64,000 nucleotides of DNA from Octopus sinensis (lineage: Eukaryota): contig NC_042997.1 of the NCBI RefSeq assembly GCF_006345805.1, positions 38,626,001-38,690,000 of the forward strand, written 5' to 3'. The translations under genes and the position numbers were made by a program. Below, piece after piece: positions 62,592-64,000 of this stretch. Below the pieces are notes generated by a model. It did not search any database and was not told where the DNA came from. It was given only the letters and a program-made list of their open reading frames with translations. The first letter of the stretch is position 1. Every line of letters begins with the position of its first letter.

Positions 62592-63378
62592 CTCCATAAA
62601 AGAAAAAAAAATACAAGATAATATGTATTTCAAGGTTTCTTCTTCAATCCAAAAGTATGTTCAGTTCTAGGGAATTGTTAACACTCTTTAAAGTACATGC
62701 GTCACTCACATATCTGCAGTTGTGCGCTGCTGCTACTCACACAAACTTCCTTCAGCCTACATATAAAACGAGTCATTTTCCACATTGACAAGTACCCACT
62801 CAACGACTTGCTAAACGGCCTCAGTATTATTATTTTTTTTCTGAACCACTCCATCAAGGACTGACTTACAGTAATGATTTTGCCTAATCATACTTTACTG
62901 GGATTTCAATTCTATGGAATTTACTTCTCGCCCACTCTTTTTCCAGTTGAGCTACAACAAATATCAAAAGCATGGATATTACTCATTTGGGAACGCCAAC
63001 AAAGGTTCTGCGCCCACTCTTAATTTAAAAAATACCATTCATGTAATATACACTGCGACAACTAGTCCAGAACTTGTCTATCTTCTGTGCCTTTTTAATC
63101 GTTACTACAATGATATATGTTCCTCTTAACATACTGATTGTCCACCACCTCCATTTAAATAATGCATTTCACCTACATAGTAATTTTGTCTCATAATACC
63201 CCTCCAGAACTGCGTCCATTTCGCTTTAATCCATTTTCTGGCTTTCCTCTCACCTCCGACTGCTAACCCGTATCAGTTTCAACTGAACATTAACTTTTCT
63301 TTTCCAGTTACCCTTCCTTGTGCATCAGCTAGAAGCTCTACTAAAGTTTTTAGTACCGCCTGTTTCGTGAATCAATAA

Positions 63379-63609
63379 GGCGGCGAGCTGGCAGAAACGT
63401 TAGCACGCCGGGCGAAATGCGTAGCCGTATTTCGTCTGCCATTACGTTCTGAGTTCAAATTCCGCCGAGGTCGACTTTGCCTTTCATCCTTTCGGGGTCG
63501 ATTAAATAAGTACCAGTTACGCACTGGGGGCGATATAATCGACTTAATCCGTTTGTCTGTCCTTGTTTGTCCTCTCTGCGTTTAGCCCCTTGTGGGTAGT
63601 AAAGAAATA
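63379..63609 (+). mobile_element. SINE family B, full length, young
   Basis: Close to the consensus of the other B copies. Confidence 0.93.
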
Positions 63610-64000
63610 AATATTTGTAGGAAACTAGGGTACCTTTCAGTAAACCTACCTCAGTGTGCTACTTATATTCGTTTTATCAAGTCTAGTTGAGAAAATTCAG
63701 AGTGAACTCAGGCGGCATTTGAATTCAGAACACAAAAATATAATCATGCATTTATCTAACTGATTTTGTGCAGCTCTCTTCGAGAAAAAGTCCCTTTCTG
63801 ATTTTATATAAATACCAAGCGTTTTAGTTCAAAGCAACGTGTATGTTGCGAAATTAATTTTACCAAAGTCCTATCTTCTTAACGTTATAGAAATCATTAT
63901 TAGTTCTTTAGAAATGGAAACATATTTGTCGATTTTGGTTTAGTGAAAACTAAGTTTAATTTATTTAATATTTAATTAAATAATTTAATAAACAAATACT

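Overview
Repeat-rich, AT-rich eukaryotic DNA, most likely a cephalopod (Octopus-like) intronic or intergenic region. That assignment is inferred from four tRNA-derived SINE families resembling the octopus OK/OR1/OR2 SINEs and from very dense (TA)n/(TG)n/(ATT)n microsatellites. No prokaryotic features, rRNA, true tRNA genes or CRISPR arrays are supported. Mobile elements: a decayed Tigger/pogo transposon (9974-14108) with nested insertions, five non-autonomous Helitrons, an internally deleted piggyBac (30777-31853), a Tc1 remnant, Tx1/L1-like LINE fragments and more than 30 SINE copies. There are also a few candidate exons of an unidentified minus-strand host gene. Most interesting: (1) a 6.1-kb array of about 483-bp units (47466-53575; about 10 direct units plus about 2.5 inverted) in which every unit carries a minimal type-I hammerhead ribozyme with a near-palindromic helix III, i.e. 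a Penelope/retrozyme-like self-cleaving array; (2) two other hammerhead families with non-canonical cores (a G3-C8 covariant at 58835-58890; an A6U variant in four dispersed copies); (3) a TSD-flanked 2.1-kb ORF1-only LINE derivative inserted in the tRNA-like head of a SINE (33068-35176). All analysis was done by eye; no searches or folding programs were run.
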